Shown here: positions 39,701-49,180 of the stretch, one piece after another | Layout: every line of letters begins with the position of its first letter | Numbering within the stretch: position 1 is the stretch's first letter | The notes under the pieces: generated by a model | The model's input: only the letters and a program-made list of their open reading frames with translations | The model's database searches: none | What the model was told of the DNA's origin: nothing | From: a candidate division FCPU426 bacterium | Lineage (GTDB): Bacteria; Oederibacteriota; Muellerivitia; Muellerivitales; Muellerivitaceae | Length of the DNA: 64,000 nucleotides | Assembly: GCA_963847625.1 (NCBI GenBank) | Contig: CAWKAR010000040.1 | Coordinates: 32,898 to 96,897 of the forward strand | Direction of reading: 5' to 3' | Made by a program: the position numbers and the translations under genes

Positions 39701-41249
39701 TGAAACATCCGCGTTCGTTCAGGACGCCGATGTGCCGGACAAGATCCGCGTCGACGCTCTGCCCAATAGCCACGATAACCTGGTCCGCGTCGATCGTGGT
39801 CAGGTTGTTTTCATCATAAACAGGCCGGAAACGTCTCTGGTCGTCGAAGACAGCCGTGCACCGTTTGAACTCGACGCCCCGGACGTTCCCATCGCCCAGA
39901 AGGCGCTTGGGTCCCCAGCCGTTGCGGATTTTAATGCCTTCGGCCAAGGTCGCTTCGATTTCTTCCTTGGAAGCGGGCATCTCCTTCTCGCCTTCCAAGC
40001 AGATCATTTCGACCTTCTTGGCCCCGAGTCGAAGCGCGGTCCGGGCGACGTCGACCGCCACGTTTCCGCCGCCGATGACGAGGACGTTGTCTTTGACCGC
40101 GGGTTTTTTGTCGGACGCCGCGTCGCGGAGGAATTCCACGCCGGGAAGGACGCCGCCGAGCCCTTCGCCTTCCACACCGAGCTTGCGGCTGACATGCGCG
40201 CCGGCGGCGATGAAGACCGCCGCGTTCTCGTTGCGCAACGTCTGGATGGTCACGTCCTTGCCGACGACGCAGTTGGTGACGAAGGTAACGCCCTTCCGGC
40301 GGATCAGCTCGATTTCGTGGTCCAAAACCTTTTTGGGCAGCCGGTACTCGGGGATCCCCCACCGGAGCATGCCGCCGGCCTTGTCACGGGACTCATAGAC
40401 CATGACGGCGAAACCGGCTTCGGCCAGGTCGTTGGCGGTGGTGAGCCCGGCGGGACCGGCGCCGATGACGGCCACTTTTTTCGCGCCCGGCGCGGGTTTC
40501 CGCTCTTCAGGAAGCTGGATCAGGCCCGCTTGGAGCATTTCCATTTCTTTGTCCGACGCGAACCGTTTCAAAAGCCTGATGGCGATTGGCTCGTCCGCCT
40601 TGCCTCTCGTGCATTCGGCTTCGCAGGGATGGGTGCAAATCCGGCCGCAAATGGCGGACAGCGGGTTCCTCTGGCGGATCAGGTTCACCGCCTTGAGATA
40701 TTCCTTCTTCTTGACGAGCTGGACGTACCCCTGCACGTTGACTTTAGCTGGGCAGGTCATCTTGCAGGGCGAATGCCCGTTCTTGAGGATGCCGAATAGG
40801 TTCGGCGTCGCCTGCGGGTAAAGTTTGGCGATACCCTTGCGGGTCCCGAGGCAGCGGTTGAATTCGTCCGGAATGTCCACGGGGCAGACTTGCGTGCATT
40901 CGCTGCAGCCGGTGCACTTTTTCTCGTCCACGTACCGGGGATGTCGCTTGACGGTGGCTTTGAACCGGCCCGGCTCCCCCTCGAGGGAAACCAGCTCGGA
41001 CAGGGTCAGGATTTCGATGTTCAAGTTCCTCGCGCACTCGACGAGCTTGGGCGAGACGATGCAGGTGGCGCAGTCGCCCGTGGGGAAGGTTTTGTCCAAG
41101 CGGGCCATCATTCCGCCGATCGCGGCGTCGCGCTCGACCAGGTAGACCTTGAACCCGCTGTTGGCGAGGTCCAGCGCGGCCTGCACGCCGGCGATGCCGC
41201 CGCCCTGCACGAGCACTGCGCCAGTTATTTTTTCCTTGTGATCAGGCAT
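36768..41249 (-). CDS. hdrA: Large HdrA (HdrL-type) with an inserted GltD-like NAD(P)H/FAD module
   Basis: GGGIAG, LDKTFPT.DC..C; insert CPAKVNVQGY...ICGRICTHPCE..C, IGAGPAG, GIPEYRLP; two IQCVGSR...CS..CC units. Likely start MPDHK at 41249. Confidence 0.9.
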   Translation of the reverse strand: MPDHKEKITGAVLVQGGGIAGVQAALDLANSGFKVYLVERDAAIGGMMARLDKTFPTGDCATCIVSPKLVECARNLNIEILTLSELVSLEGEPGRFKATVKRHPRYVDEKKCTGCSECTQVCPVDIPDEFNRCLGTRKGIAKLYPQATPNLFGILKNGHSPCKMTCPAKVNVQGYVQLVKKKEYLKAVNLIRQRNPLSAICGRICTHPCEAECTRGKADEPIAIRLLKRFASDKEMEMLQAGLIQLPEERKPAPGAKKVAVIGAGPAGLTTANDLAEAGFAVMVYESRDKAGGMLRWGIPEYRLPKKVLDHEIELIRRKGVTFVTNCVVGKDVTIQTLRNENAAVFIAAGAHVSRKLGVEGEGLGGVLPGVEFLRDAASDKKPAVKDNVLVIGGGNVAVDVARTALRLGAKKVEMICLEGEKEMPASKEEIEATLAEGIKIRNGWGPKRLLGDGNVRGVEFKRCTAVFDDQRRFRPVYDENNLTTIDADQVIVAIGQSVDADLVRHIGVLNERGCFKADPVTGQTSVEGVFAGGDNVLGPAAVIDAVAAGKRAAESIARYLDGKDMRGDRFEDSLRSLPEDLLPSVENVEKKVRARPEELEPAGRMRHFVEVEKGLTEEQAVAEAERCLNCALCSECNQCVEKCEQHAIDHAMKPRTVTLEVGSVLLTPGFKEFDATRKGEYGYGRYSNVVTSVQFERMLSAAGPFEGHLIRLSDGGPARRIAWIQCVGSRDSSCGNDYCSSICCMMATKQALVAGDHVDGLDATIFYMDIRAFGKDFDQYYERARAQKNISYIKSIPSRVVQVPGSKDLRLNYLGENGQVQSRDFDLVVLSVGMEPPASMPDLSERLGIELNEFGFCKTDRLLPLSTSREGVFVGGAFQEPKDIPETVTQASAAASMAMELLAPARNSLVTRKSYPDEHDISDEDPRIGVFVCHCGMNIASVVDVERVVKNIGNLPQVVFASHTMFTCSDTSLSNIKEKIREHRLNRIVVASCTPRTHEPLFRETLREAGLNPYLFELANIRDQCSWVHSSQPEAATQKAVELVKMAIARARRLRPLENGTLKVNPAGLVIGGGLAGMTAALALGDQGFKVQLIEKTDRLGGTLRDIVNTLEHGNIGEFAEALENKVKKHPNITLYLGAEITSIAGHVGKFLVKMAQNGKTSEVTGGAVIVATGARKAETTDFLYGRSKDVLTQSELEKRLHEDQYPARSQNVVMIQCVGSRNDQHPYCSRVCCSRAVKNALEIKKRDPGANVYVLYRDVRTYGFREVYFKQAREAGVIFIRFTPDSPPQVGGDNALVVTVNSPDLPEPLQIEADNVVLSTGIEPDRDNNKRLSDMLKVPLNADGFYVEAHMKLRPVDFTTEGIFLCGLAHSPKFIDENISQARAAAARAATVLSKTVLDVSAQVSYVNQQKCISCMTCVTVCPYSAPFANKDGKGQIEAAKCMGCGICASECPARAIQLNHFETDQFNVMIRQLFAEEGNGISHDEKLVRT

Positions 41250-42114
41250 ACGCTTTAACCTTTTCAAGAACGCGGGAAGCCGGCACCATGAGCTTCTCGA
41301 ACCCAAGCTTGTCGGGTCCCAGCCCGAGGGCCAGCCCGAGGAGCTGCGTCACATACATCACCGGCATCCGATGGTCATGACCTGTCTTCTCCTTGATGTC
41401 GGCCTGCCGCAAATCGAGATTCACCTGGCACATGGGGCAGCTGAGCGCGATGCAGTCCGCGCCGGAACTTTTCGCCATGCCGAGGATGGAATCCGTCAGG
41501 CTCACCACGACGTCTGTCCGGGAAATCGACAACCCGCCGCCGCAACACTCCACCTTGCAGGGCCAGTCGAGGCTCTCGCCGCCCATGGCCTTAACCAGCT
41601 TATCGAGCGATTTTGGGTTTTCCGGGTCGTCGAAATTGACGATTTTCGGCGGCCGAACGAGCAGACAGCCGTAATAGCAGGCCACCTTGAGGCCTTTCAG
41701 GGGGCGCTTGACCGCGGCGCTTATTTTCTTCAGCCCGATATCCTTGAGCAGCACTTCCAGAAAATGCTTGATCCTGACCGAGCCGTCATAGTCCCGGCCG
41801 ATGGCATCAACGACTTTGCCGCGGAACTCCCCCCCGGCCGCGACCTCGTGGTTGGCCATCATCATCCGGTTGTAACAGGCCGCGCAATTGACAACGCAAT
41901 CGAGCCCCATATCTTTGATTTTCACCAAATTGGCGGCCGGCAGAGACGCCGCCAGCAGGCGGTCGGTCTGATGGCCCGCCGTCGCGCCGCAGCAGGTCCA
42001 GCCCTCGGGCTCGACCATCTCAATTCCCAGCGCTTCGGCCACGGCCAGCGTGGAGACGTGCATGTCCTTGGCCGTCGACTCCGCGGAACATCCGGGGTAG
42101 TAGGCGAATTTCAT
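41242..42114 (-). CDS. hdrB: Heterodisulfide reductase subunit B
   Basis: YYPGC, WTCCGA, YYGCLLVRP, ECCGG, CPMCQ.NLD (two CCG domains). Confidence 0.92.
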   Translation of the reverse strand: MKFAYYPGCSAESTAKDMHVSTLAVAEALGIEMVEPEGWTCCGATAGHQTDRLLAASLPAANLVKIKDMGLDCVVNCAACYNRMMMANHEVAAGGEFRGKVVDAIGRDYDGSVRIKHFLEVLLKDIGLKKISAAVKRPLKGLKVACYYGCLLVRPPKIVNFDDPENPKSLDKLVKAMGGESLDWPCKVECCGGGLSISRTDVVVSLTDSILGMAKSSGADCIALSCPMCQVNLDLRQADIKEKTGHDHRMPVMYVTQLLGLALGLGPDKLGFEKLMVPASRVLEKVKAYA

Positions 42115-42665
42115 TTTTCGTCCTTGGTTCTATTAAATATGCGTTTGACTGTTTTTCGGTCGCCCTTGAGCGAAGGCCAAAGCGAAATCTTTCCTTTTTT
42201 CAGCATCGCGGGGAACTTCCCTGTGTCGTTCAAAAATTTCCCCGTGCCCAGTTTGTAGGCGGCGATCATCGCCATTTCATAGGACCGGCCGAACATCTCG
42301 ACCGTTTTCAAAAAGGCCTTGTTGAACAAAGGCACGTTCCCTTCCTGTTTGGAGGCTCCCCGGGCCAACGCCAGTTTCCTCAGCGCATCCATGAGCCCCG
42401 CCACATCGATCCCCATGGGACACCGGGTCGAGCAGATTTCGCAGGAAACGCACATCCAGAGGAGGTCGCTTTCCAGGAGCTCGTTGTCGGCGTTCAGTTG
42501 AAGCCTCCGTACGATCTCCGAAGGCCGGGTCTTCGCCAACCGGCCCACCGGGCATCCGCTCGAACATTTCTTGCACTGCAGGCAGACGTTTAAGTTCACG
42601 CCGGCGATTCGTTCGGCCGCGGCTTTAAGGCTGTCGCCATTCCTTGTTCTTTTGACGGTGATCAT
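42111..42665 (-). CDS. hdrC: Heterodisulfide reductase subunit C
   Basis: CLQCKKCSSGCP and CVSCEICSTRCP. Confidence 0.9.
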   Translation of the reverse strand: MITVKRTRNGDSLKAAAERIAGVNLNVCLQCKKCSSGCPVGRLAKTRPSEIVRRLQLNADNELLESDLLWMCVSCEICSTRCPMGIDVAGLMDALRKLALARGASKQEGNVPLFNKAFLKTVEMFGRSYEMAMIAAYKLGTGKFLNDTGKFPAMLKKGKISLWPSLKGDRKTVKRIFNRTKDEK

Positions 42666-45325
42666 TTGACGACCAATTCCTCTTCGGAGGCTTCCTCTGC
42701 CTCCTCGATCTCTTCCAACTTCACGGTTTTGGCTGCGCTGGCGGGGACCACCTTGCGATACACATCATCAGGATCCAGACGCCGGCCCTTCACGGTCAGG
42801 AGCTGATCGACCGTGATTCCGAACAGCCGCTCATTCTCCATCAGGTAAGGGCGGATCAGTTCCCAATCCTCATCGGTCACCTTGGCGAAGATTCCCCCGT
42901 TCAACTGCTGTTCCACCAGGGTCCGGCCGGGATCGCGGATAAAAATCGCCCCCCCGGAAGCCAGCGAAAACAGGTTGCTGCCGGGGTAGGGCTGCTGAAG
43001 AAGAACCAATTTTCCCTCATCGTCGAAACCGACGCCGTTCAGGACGACGAATCCGCCGCCGTTGTGGAGGTCTCCCGCCATGAAGGACTCGGCCAGGAAG
43101 TCCAGGCACGTTCCGTTGATCACCACTTTGGGCCTGCCGACCGAATTGATCAGCGGCCTGCCGGCCGCGTTGCCGAGCACGTAAACTTCGCCCCCCTTGG
43201 CGCCGTACATGAACGTCTGGCCCACGTCGCCGTGAATGACCAGTTTTCCCCGTTTGATGATTTGTCCCAACTGGTCCTGGGCATTGCCGTGGATTTGGAT
43301 CGTCAGGCCGTCGATCCCCGAGGCGATATAATCGCCGCTGCTGCCGTAGACGTCAATGATCACCCCGTCCGTATCCGGGCCGAGGCCGCAGCCGATGAAG
43401 CGCTGGCCGATGCAATTAAAGTTGATGAAATGCCGCCAGCCCAAATTATAGGCGCTCACCAAAAGCATCGCGTCGCAGTCGTCTCCTTCGGCGGCAAAAT
43501 GCGCGGCATCGATGACGAGAGCCGTTTCATTGCCTTGGGGGCCGCGCAGATCGCCCCGGGTCTCGAAATCAATAAGGCGATGGGTCGCGTCTTGGGAATT
43601 CCCGACCCCGATCATAGGCAGGGAACGGAACAACCGGTTCATCTCTCCGCGGATGATGTGAAGGATATGGCTGCGTTTCTTGGCGCCGGTTGAATACCGC
43701 CGATCGTTGAGGAGCGTCAGGACCTCGATCGCGAGCGCTACCTTGCGGGGGTCCTTCGCCTGATCGACGATCTTGGAGCAGGCGAAACGGAACTCATCGA
43801 ACGGCCATTTCCGCGCGGCGTCCTTGATGATTGAAAAAACCGCCGGGCCGTTGCCCGGAACGAACCGCTCGGAGAGGAGCGTCGAGATCTCCTCTTCCGA
43901 TTCCGGCGGCGGGGAGAAGGGCTTTGAGAAATCGCACCCGTCGGCGTTTTCAGGCATGGGCACCTTCCTGCCGAACTTGTCCGCGCAGGCGATCCGCCTC
44001 TTACCCTGGGCGTTCTCCGACAGTGTGAATATGAACGCTCCGCCGTCGGTATGGCTGCCGCCGCGGGCGTTCCAATATTTGTCTGCTACCGGGCAAATCC
44101 GGATATCCTCTTTGGACAGGCTCTGCAGGGTGGCATCAATGGCCTGTTTTTCCGAGCCGATGAGCCCGACTTGGACCTCCCCGTCCGAGAAAGCGAACAC
44201 CTGGGGCCTGAGCATGGCCGTGTCGGTGATGCCCATGAGCTCCATCTTCTTCTCGCGGACGTTATTGCGGGCGATGATGAAAAACCACGGCCCGTCGGGC
44301 GAGCCGTGGATATGGGTCGCTTGAATGTCGCGGTAAACGGCCTGCTTTTCTTTATCAAGCCGGTCAAAGTCCAACTCGGTCGTCGGGGCGAGGGCCTCGA
44401 TAATGTATTCAAGCGGATAGTGATAGGTCCGGCTGAGCAAATCGAACAAAAGCGCCGAAACCTCGGTGTCGGTGAGGAACTGCGGATAAATATGGCGCTG
44501 CTTGAGATACTCGGTCACGGAATGGTAATTGGCGAAATCACCGTTGTGCACCAGGGCCATGTCGACGGCTGCGAACGGATGGGCGCCGCCGGGGTGCCAA
44601 ACGCGGCCCTTGGTCGGGAACCGCTGATGGGCGATCCACACGTGGGCGCAGAGGTCTTCGATCTTGTAGTACTTCACGATCGCCTCGGCGAAACCCACGA
44701 CCTTGAGGATCATGATGTCCCGGCCGTGCGAAAGCACAAAGGCCCGTTTCTCGCCCAGGGAGGCGTAATATTTCTGATTCAGAGCGAAGCTGTTCTGGCT
44801 GACGAATTCGTCTTCCGCTTCGCTCCGGTCCATTTTATGTAGATCGTTCCGGGTGATGAATTCATCCAGAACTTCCTTCTTGACCTTCACAAAGTACCGG
44901 CAAACATCCGGCGGCTTGACTTCCAGACCGGGAACCTTTTCCCAGTCGTCAACCTTGTCGAGCTTGCTCGACGCCGCAACATCGAAAAAGGGCGTGAGGT
45001 ATTGTTTTTCCAGTTCCGGCTGAACCGTGCCGTCCAGAAACGCGACATGAAGCATGTAATGGCTGTCCAAAACCTCCCGGCTGACGCCGAGTTGTTCCGG
45101 CACAAACCCGACTGCGGCGATGCCGCCGCCTTTTCCGTTCCCCCGGTTGTGCATTTGCTTGGAGGGTTCATAGATATGCTTGCCCGAAACGGGTTTGCTG
45201 CAGCAAAAACCCACGACGCCGCATCCGCCTTCTTCGGCCTCTTTCCGGATATCGCCGGAATGGCCCAGCTTTTTCGCCAGGTCTTTTCTGGAACAGGCCA
45301 GTTGTTCGATCAGGTCGCTGTTCAT
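42662..45325 (-). CDS. Glutamate synthase-like protein: Ntn amidotransferase domain plus C-terminal GXGXG beta-helix
   Basis: EGG-CGVVG, HQRFPT, AHPF, VHNGD, TDTEV, LRP. C-terminus has GNAQD.LG, GDVGQ..MYGAKGG, GNAAGR. Confidence 0.85.
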   Translation of the reverse strand: MNSDLIEQLACSRKDLAKKLGHSGDIRKEAEEGGCGVVGFCCSKPVSGKHIYEPSKQMHNRGNGKGGGIAAVGFVPEQLGVSREVLDSHYMLHVAFLDGTVQPELEKQYLTPFFDVAASSKLDKVDDWEKVPGLEVKPPDVCRYFVKVKKEVLDEFITRNDLHKMDRSEAEDEFVSQNSFALNQKYYASLGEKRAFVLSHGRDIMILKVVGFAEAIVKYYKIEDLCAHVWIAHQRFPTKGRVWHPGGAHPFAAVDMALVHNGDFANYHSVTEYLKQRHIYPQFLTDTEVSALLFDLLSRTYHYPLEYIIEALAPTTELDFDRLDKEKQAVYRDIQATHIHGSPDGPWFFIIARNNVREKKMELMGITDTAMLRPQVFAFSDGEVQVGLIGSEKQAIDATLQSLSKEDIRICPVADKYWNARGGSHTDGGAFIFTLSENAQGKRRIACADKFGRKVPMPENADGCDFSKPFSPPPESEEEISTLLSERFVPGNGPAVFSIIKDAARKWPFDEFRFACSKIVDQAKDPRKVALAIEVLTLLNDRRYSTGAKKRSHILHIIRGEMNRLFRSLPMIGVGNSQDATHRLIDFETRGDLRGPQGNETALVIDAAHFAAEGDDCDAMLLVSAYNLGWRHFINFNCIGQRFIGCGLGPDTDGVIIDVYGSSGDYIASGIDGLTIQIHGNAQDQLGQIIKRGKLVIHGDVGQTFMYGAKGGEVYVLGNAAGRPLINSVGRPKVVINGTCLDFLAESFMAGDLHNGGGFVVLNGVGFDDEGKLVLLQQPYPGSNLFSLASGGAIFIRDPGRTLVEQQLNGGIFAKVTDEDWELIRPYLMENERLFGITVDQLLTVKGRRLDPDDVYRKVVPASAAKTVKLEEIEEAEEASEEELVVK

Positions 45326-46890
45326 TTCCCGGCTCCAACATCATTGGTGTAATCCAGGTGCATCAGCAGATCCGTCCGGCCGCGCAGTTCGGTCACGCTG
45401 CGCATGCCGTAGCGCATCAGGATTCCCACCAGCACTTTTCGCCAGGCGCTGTAGAGGTTGATCAACCGCTGCGTGCCCCACTCGATGGTCATTTTCCCGG
45501 AGAGTTCCGGGTCGGTCGTGGCAATCCCGCGCGGGCATCCGCGCCCGCTTTCGCAACGGCTGCACCGCACGCATTCGAGAGCGACCATTTCCGCCGTTCC
45601 GATGACCACCCCGTCGGCCCCGAGCGCGATGGCCTTGGCCACATCGTGGGCCGAGCGTATTCCGCCGCTGGCGATCAAAGTGACTTTGTCGCGGACCCCC
45701 TCGTCGGAGAGGAATTTATGGACCCGCCCAATGGCGTACTCGATCGGCATGGCGATGTTCTTCTTGGCGATGTCCGGCGCGGCGCCGGTGCCGCCGTACC
45801 CCCCGTCGATATGGACGATATGCGTGCCGGCCGAATAGCTCCCCACCGCGACCATGTCGACGTCCGTCGGCGTCGAGACCTTGGTCGATATCAAGGCCCG
45901 CCGGTTGATGTGCTTGATCCAGTCGATATGCTTTTGATGGTCCTCGATGGAATAGACGCTGTGGAACGGAAAGGGAGAAAAAAGCGATATGCCCACCACC
46001 GCCTCGCGCATCTTGGAAACGGCTGGGGTGTTCTTATCGCCCAGTAAATGGCCTCCGAGGCCGGGCTTCGCGCCCTGGGCGTATTTGAACTCCACGATGG
46101 GCACGCGCTGGATGGTCTCCTCGCGCACGCCGAACAGCCCGGTGGCGACCTGGGTGATCACATGCTCGTCGTAGGGGCGCAACCGTTCCATGTACCCGCC
46201 CTCGCCGGTGCAGCTGAAGGTGTTCCAGGCCTTAGCCACGCGGGCCTTGGAGAGCTGCGTCACATTGCTGACCGACCCGAACGACATTCCGCCGCCGTAC
46301 CAGGGAACATCGATCTTAATTTTGGGCCGTCCATCCCCGCGTTTATTAAGGGAAATACTGGTGTCGATCTGATCTTCGGTCAGCTTGACCGGCGGGGCGT
46401 CGGGAAATTTGAACCGGAGCCTGTCAAACCCTCCGCCGGAGTCGCCGCATTCGTATTCGTAACCGTATTCAGCGGGGGGCACGTCGCCGGTTTCCGCCAT
46501 TTTCCAAGTTGCCAAAATGAGGTCCGCGGGCCATCGGAAATCGCCCAAGGCCTTGATCAGGGGGTTTTCCTTGAGCTGCAACGCCCCTTGCGGACACTGG
46601 GCCACGCAGAAATGACCGCTCTTTTCACAGGCCGGGCCGATGCATAGATGATTCCGCGGCTCGGCGAACAATTTGTAACCGGCCTTTTCCACGTGAACGC
46701 CGTACTGGCACACTTGGGCGCACTTGCCGCATCGCTTGCAATTCAGATTCCGGTGTACGATGTATTTCGCGATCTCGTTTCGGTACCGTGAGGGCATCGG
46801 CTTGATATCGCGCGGCACCTCTTCCTGGGGTACGAACGTCTTGCGCGTATTCTCGGGAAGGGGGTCCTTAATTTGTTTTTCTTGATCCAA
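45322..46890 (-). CDS. Glutamate synthase FMN-binding domain protein with N-terminal ferredoxin
   Basis: CKRCGKCAQVC, GGMSFGS, TGEGG, QVATGLFGV, EFKYAQGAKPGLGGHL, GGTGAAP, ASGGIR, C..C..C...CP.GIAT. Start is uncertain (TTG at 46890 assumed). Confidence 0.88.
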   Translation of the reverse strand: MDQEKQIKDPLPENTRKTFVPQEEVPRDIKPMPSRYRNEIAKYIVHRNLNCKRCGKCAQVCQYGVHVEKAGYKLFAEPRNHLCIGPACEKSGHFCVAQCPQGALQLKENPLIKALGDFRWPADLILATWKMAETGDVPPAEYGYEYECGDSGGGFDRLRFKFPDAPPVKLTEDQIDTSISLNKRGDGRPKIKIDVPWYGGGMSFGSVSNVTQLSKARVAKAWNTFSCTGEGGYMERLRPYDEHVITQVATGLFGVREETIQRVPIVEFKYAQGAKPGLGGHLLGDKNTPAVSKMREAVVGISLFSPFPFHSVYSIEDHQKHIDWIKHINRRALISTKVSTPTDVDMVAVGSYSAGTHIVHIDGGYGGTGAAPDIAKKNIAMPIEYAIGRVHKFLSDEGVRDKVTLIASGGIRSAHDVAKAIALGADGVVIGTAEMVALECVRCSRCESGRGCPRGIATTDPELSGKMTIEWGTQRLINLYSAWRKVLVGILMRYGMRSVTELRGRTDLLMHLDYTNDVGAGK

Positions 46891-48262
46891 AGAGCTTCCC
46901 AAAGGTCTCCTCCTCAAGATTTTCGAAGAACATCGCGCGGCCCACATCCCCCCGCAGTCGACGGGCTTCGCGCATGCCCATGGCGCCCATCAACTCGATC
47001 AGCTGGTCGTGCCAGGCGGCGATGAGATTGGTCATCCGGCCGACGCCGTAACCGGCCTCCACGTCGTCCAGTTTCGCCGGACACGCCATGCCAGGCCGGC
47101 AGCTCTCGCACAGGCGGCATTCCAGGGCGATCAGGAGCGGAAGATCGATCGTGATCAGGTCGGCCCCGCAAATGATCTCTTTGGCCATGTGCTCGGGCAG
47201 CGCGATCCCCCCTCCGGCCATGATCGTCACCTCATCCCGTTTCCCGTTTTCAATCAGGGCCGTGTGAATGCGGCGCGTCATGTCCTTGATGAACCGCGGG
47301 TTCGCGGCGCCGATTTCGTTTCCGTTGGCATCGGCGGCGATGTGGATCACTTCAACTTCTGCCAATTCAGACAGCCGGACCGCCCGGTCGATTCCCTGAG
47401 AGGTCAGGTTGACCCGGACCGCCACGACGATGCCCGGATGCACGCGCTTGATTTCTTGGATGCGTTGTGCCACCCCGGGGCCGTCGGGTATTTCCACCAG
47501 CCGGGTCTTTCTTACGGCCTCTTTCGGAATTTCCTGGCCGTCGGCAATGAACAACGCGATGTTGTGGAGCTGGTCATCACGCCCCTGCCATCGACGCGAA
47601 TCGATGACGGCGATGAGGCCCGTATTGACAGCCGTCTGCGCGAGGATTGGATCGAGCCTGGGCAACGTGTGCGCCGGCGACGCCATGTCGATGATCATGG
47701 GCATCGGAATGGAGACCAGCGGAGAGGGGCTCCCGGCGTTCTTCTTGCCGCCGAAGGAAAGGTAGGGCCGTTTTCGGCCGATGTCGACCGCGGTGCTGAT
47801 GTATTCGCGGCCGTGAATACCGTCGCGGGTCGGGCGGACGATTTCGGACATGTCCGTCCACATGGAGTCAAAGCCCTTGCCTGAAAAGGGACCGCGATAA
47901 CCAGCGCCGGAAACCGGAATTTTCGCCGTTTCCGCCTGGAGCCATGTGGTCTTGATGATGTCGGGGGTGAAGTAGGCGTTTCCCATCTTCTGGTATTCGG
48001 GATTGACGGACATGCACAACAGGCCTTTTGTGCAGTCCTGAACGCATGAAAAACATCCCATACAGTCAAAGAACAGGGCATTGACGTCGCTGAGATCGCG
48101 GATATAATCCGCTTCCTGCCGGTAGCGATCGTAAACACAGGCCTTCTTGACACAGTTATGACAGCGCGCGCAATCTTCACGCCAATCCACCATGCCATAT
48201 TTGCCGATACGGGGTCCTTTGGGCAGGACCGGCTTTGTCTTGATGTGATATTTGTCTGGCAT
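46868..48262 (-). CDS. Divergent glutamate synthase FMN-domain-like protein with N-terminal ferredoxin
   Basis: CARCHNC...C, CMGCFSC...C, GAGYRGPF...GFD, AGGGI, ALEC..C..C, MGAMG....LRG. Confidence 0.8.
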   Translation of the reverse strand: MPDKYHIKTKPVLPKGPRIGKYGMVDWREDCARCHNCVKKACVYDRYRQEADYIRDLSDVNALFFDCMGCFSCVQDCTKGLLCMSVNPEYQKMGNAYFTPDIIKTTWLQAETAKIPVSGAGYRGPFSGKGFDSMWTDMSEIVRPTRDGIHGREYISTAVDIGRKRPYLSFGGKKNAGSPSPLVSIPMPMIIDMASPAHTLPRLDPILAQTAVNTGLIAVIDSRRWQGRDDQLHNIALFIADGQEIPKEAVRKTRLVEIPDGPGVAQRIQEIKRVHPGIVVAVRVNLTSQGIDRAVRLSELAEVEVIHIAADANGNEIGAANPRFIKDMTRRIHTALIENGKRDEVTIMAGGGIALPEHMAKEIICGADLITIDLPLLIALECRLCESCRPGMACPAKLDDVEAGYGVGRMTNLIAAWHDQLIELMGAMGMREARRLRGDVGRAMFFENLEEETFGKLFGSRKTN

Positions 48263-48274
48263 TGTAATTTCTTG

Positions 48275-49180
48275 TTAGGCGACAGCCGCGGCGATAATTT
48301 CGGGCGCAGGGCACCCGTCGTGGCCGCAATGGATGTGGAGGCCTCTCAAACCTTTCATTCCTTTAAGTTTTCGAATTGTCTCAACACAGATTTTCATGCC
48401 CTCTTTACCCTGGGCCGCTTCATCGCCGGCCTTTTTCAGCCTTTCAATCACTTCGTCGGGAATGGAATAATCCGTATACGTCTTCCGCAGCCTTTCCGCT
48501 TCCACGGCGCTGTCCAGGGCCAAAACACCCGCAAGAACCGCTGACTTCGAGCTGATTCCTTCCCGCGCCGCCGCCTCAAGCCATCGGCCGAAGATTTCCA
48601 CATCGAATACGGCGCTGGTCTGGATGAATTTGGCTCCCGCATCGACCTTCTTGCGCATCCGGAGCATATTCAACTCCACCGGCGTTAGAAATGGGTTCGC
48701 GGCCGCCCCGACCAGCATGGAGAAGGGGCCTTCCATTTTCGTTCCGTCCGCCAGCAGGCCCTTCTCCGACATGTTCGTCGCCAGTTCGATGAACTGGATC
48801 GAATCAATATCGTAAACGTTGGCGGATCCCGGGGAGGAGGTGAGCGTCTGATGGTACCCGGAAAGGCAGAGGAGGTTTCTAATCCCCAGACTCGCGGCCC
48901 CAAGCAGATCGGATTGAATCGCGATTCGATTTCTGTCGCGCGTCACCATATGACAGACCGGCTCAGCGCCGGCTTTTAGGACCGCAACCGATGCCGCGAT
49001 GGACGACAAACCGACGGCGTGACAGTTGTCGGAAACATTGACCGCGGTCAATCCGTTCCCGAGGCCCTTCACGGCGTCTTCAACGGCCCGGCCGTCGGAA
49101 ACAGCTTTCGGCCGGTATTCCGCGGTGACGATGAAAGTCCCGGATGCCAGTGCCTTTGCGAATTTTCCGTCGACATTCAT
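48275..49180 (-). CDS. metF: Methylenetetrahydrofolate reductase
   Basis: VTAEYRP, NVSD, TRDRNRIAIQSDLLGA, KKVDAGAKFIQT, GLHI. Confidence 0.88.
   Translation of the reverse strand: MNVDGKFAKALASGTFIVTAEYRPKAVSDGRAVEDAVKGLGNGLTAVNVSDNCHAVGLSSIAASVAVLKAGAEPVCHMVTRDRNRIAIQSDLLGAASLGIRNLLCLSGYHQTLTSSPGSANVYDIDSIQFIELATNMSEKGLLADGTKMEGPFSMLVGAAANPFLTPVELNMLRMRKKVDAGAKFIQTSAVFDVEIFGRWLEAAAREGISSKSAVLAGVLALDSAVEAERLRKTYTDYSIPDEVIERLKKAGDEAAQGKEGMKICVETIRKLKGMKGLRGLHIHCGHDGCPAPEIIAAAVA

Noticed and set aside
32504..47884. Long opposite-strand ORFs (e.g. 32504-34243, 38841-40799, 47009-47884)
   Set aside because: Typical high-GC shadow ORFs opposite well-supported genes, with no recognisable motifs.
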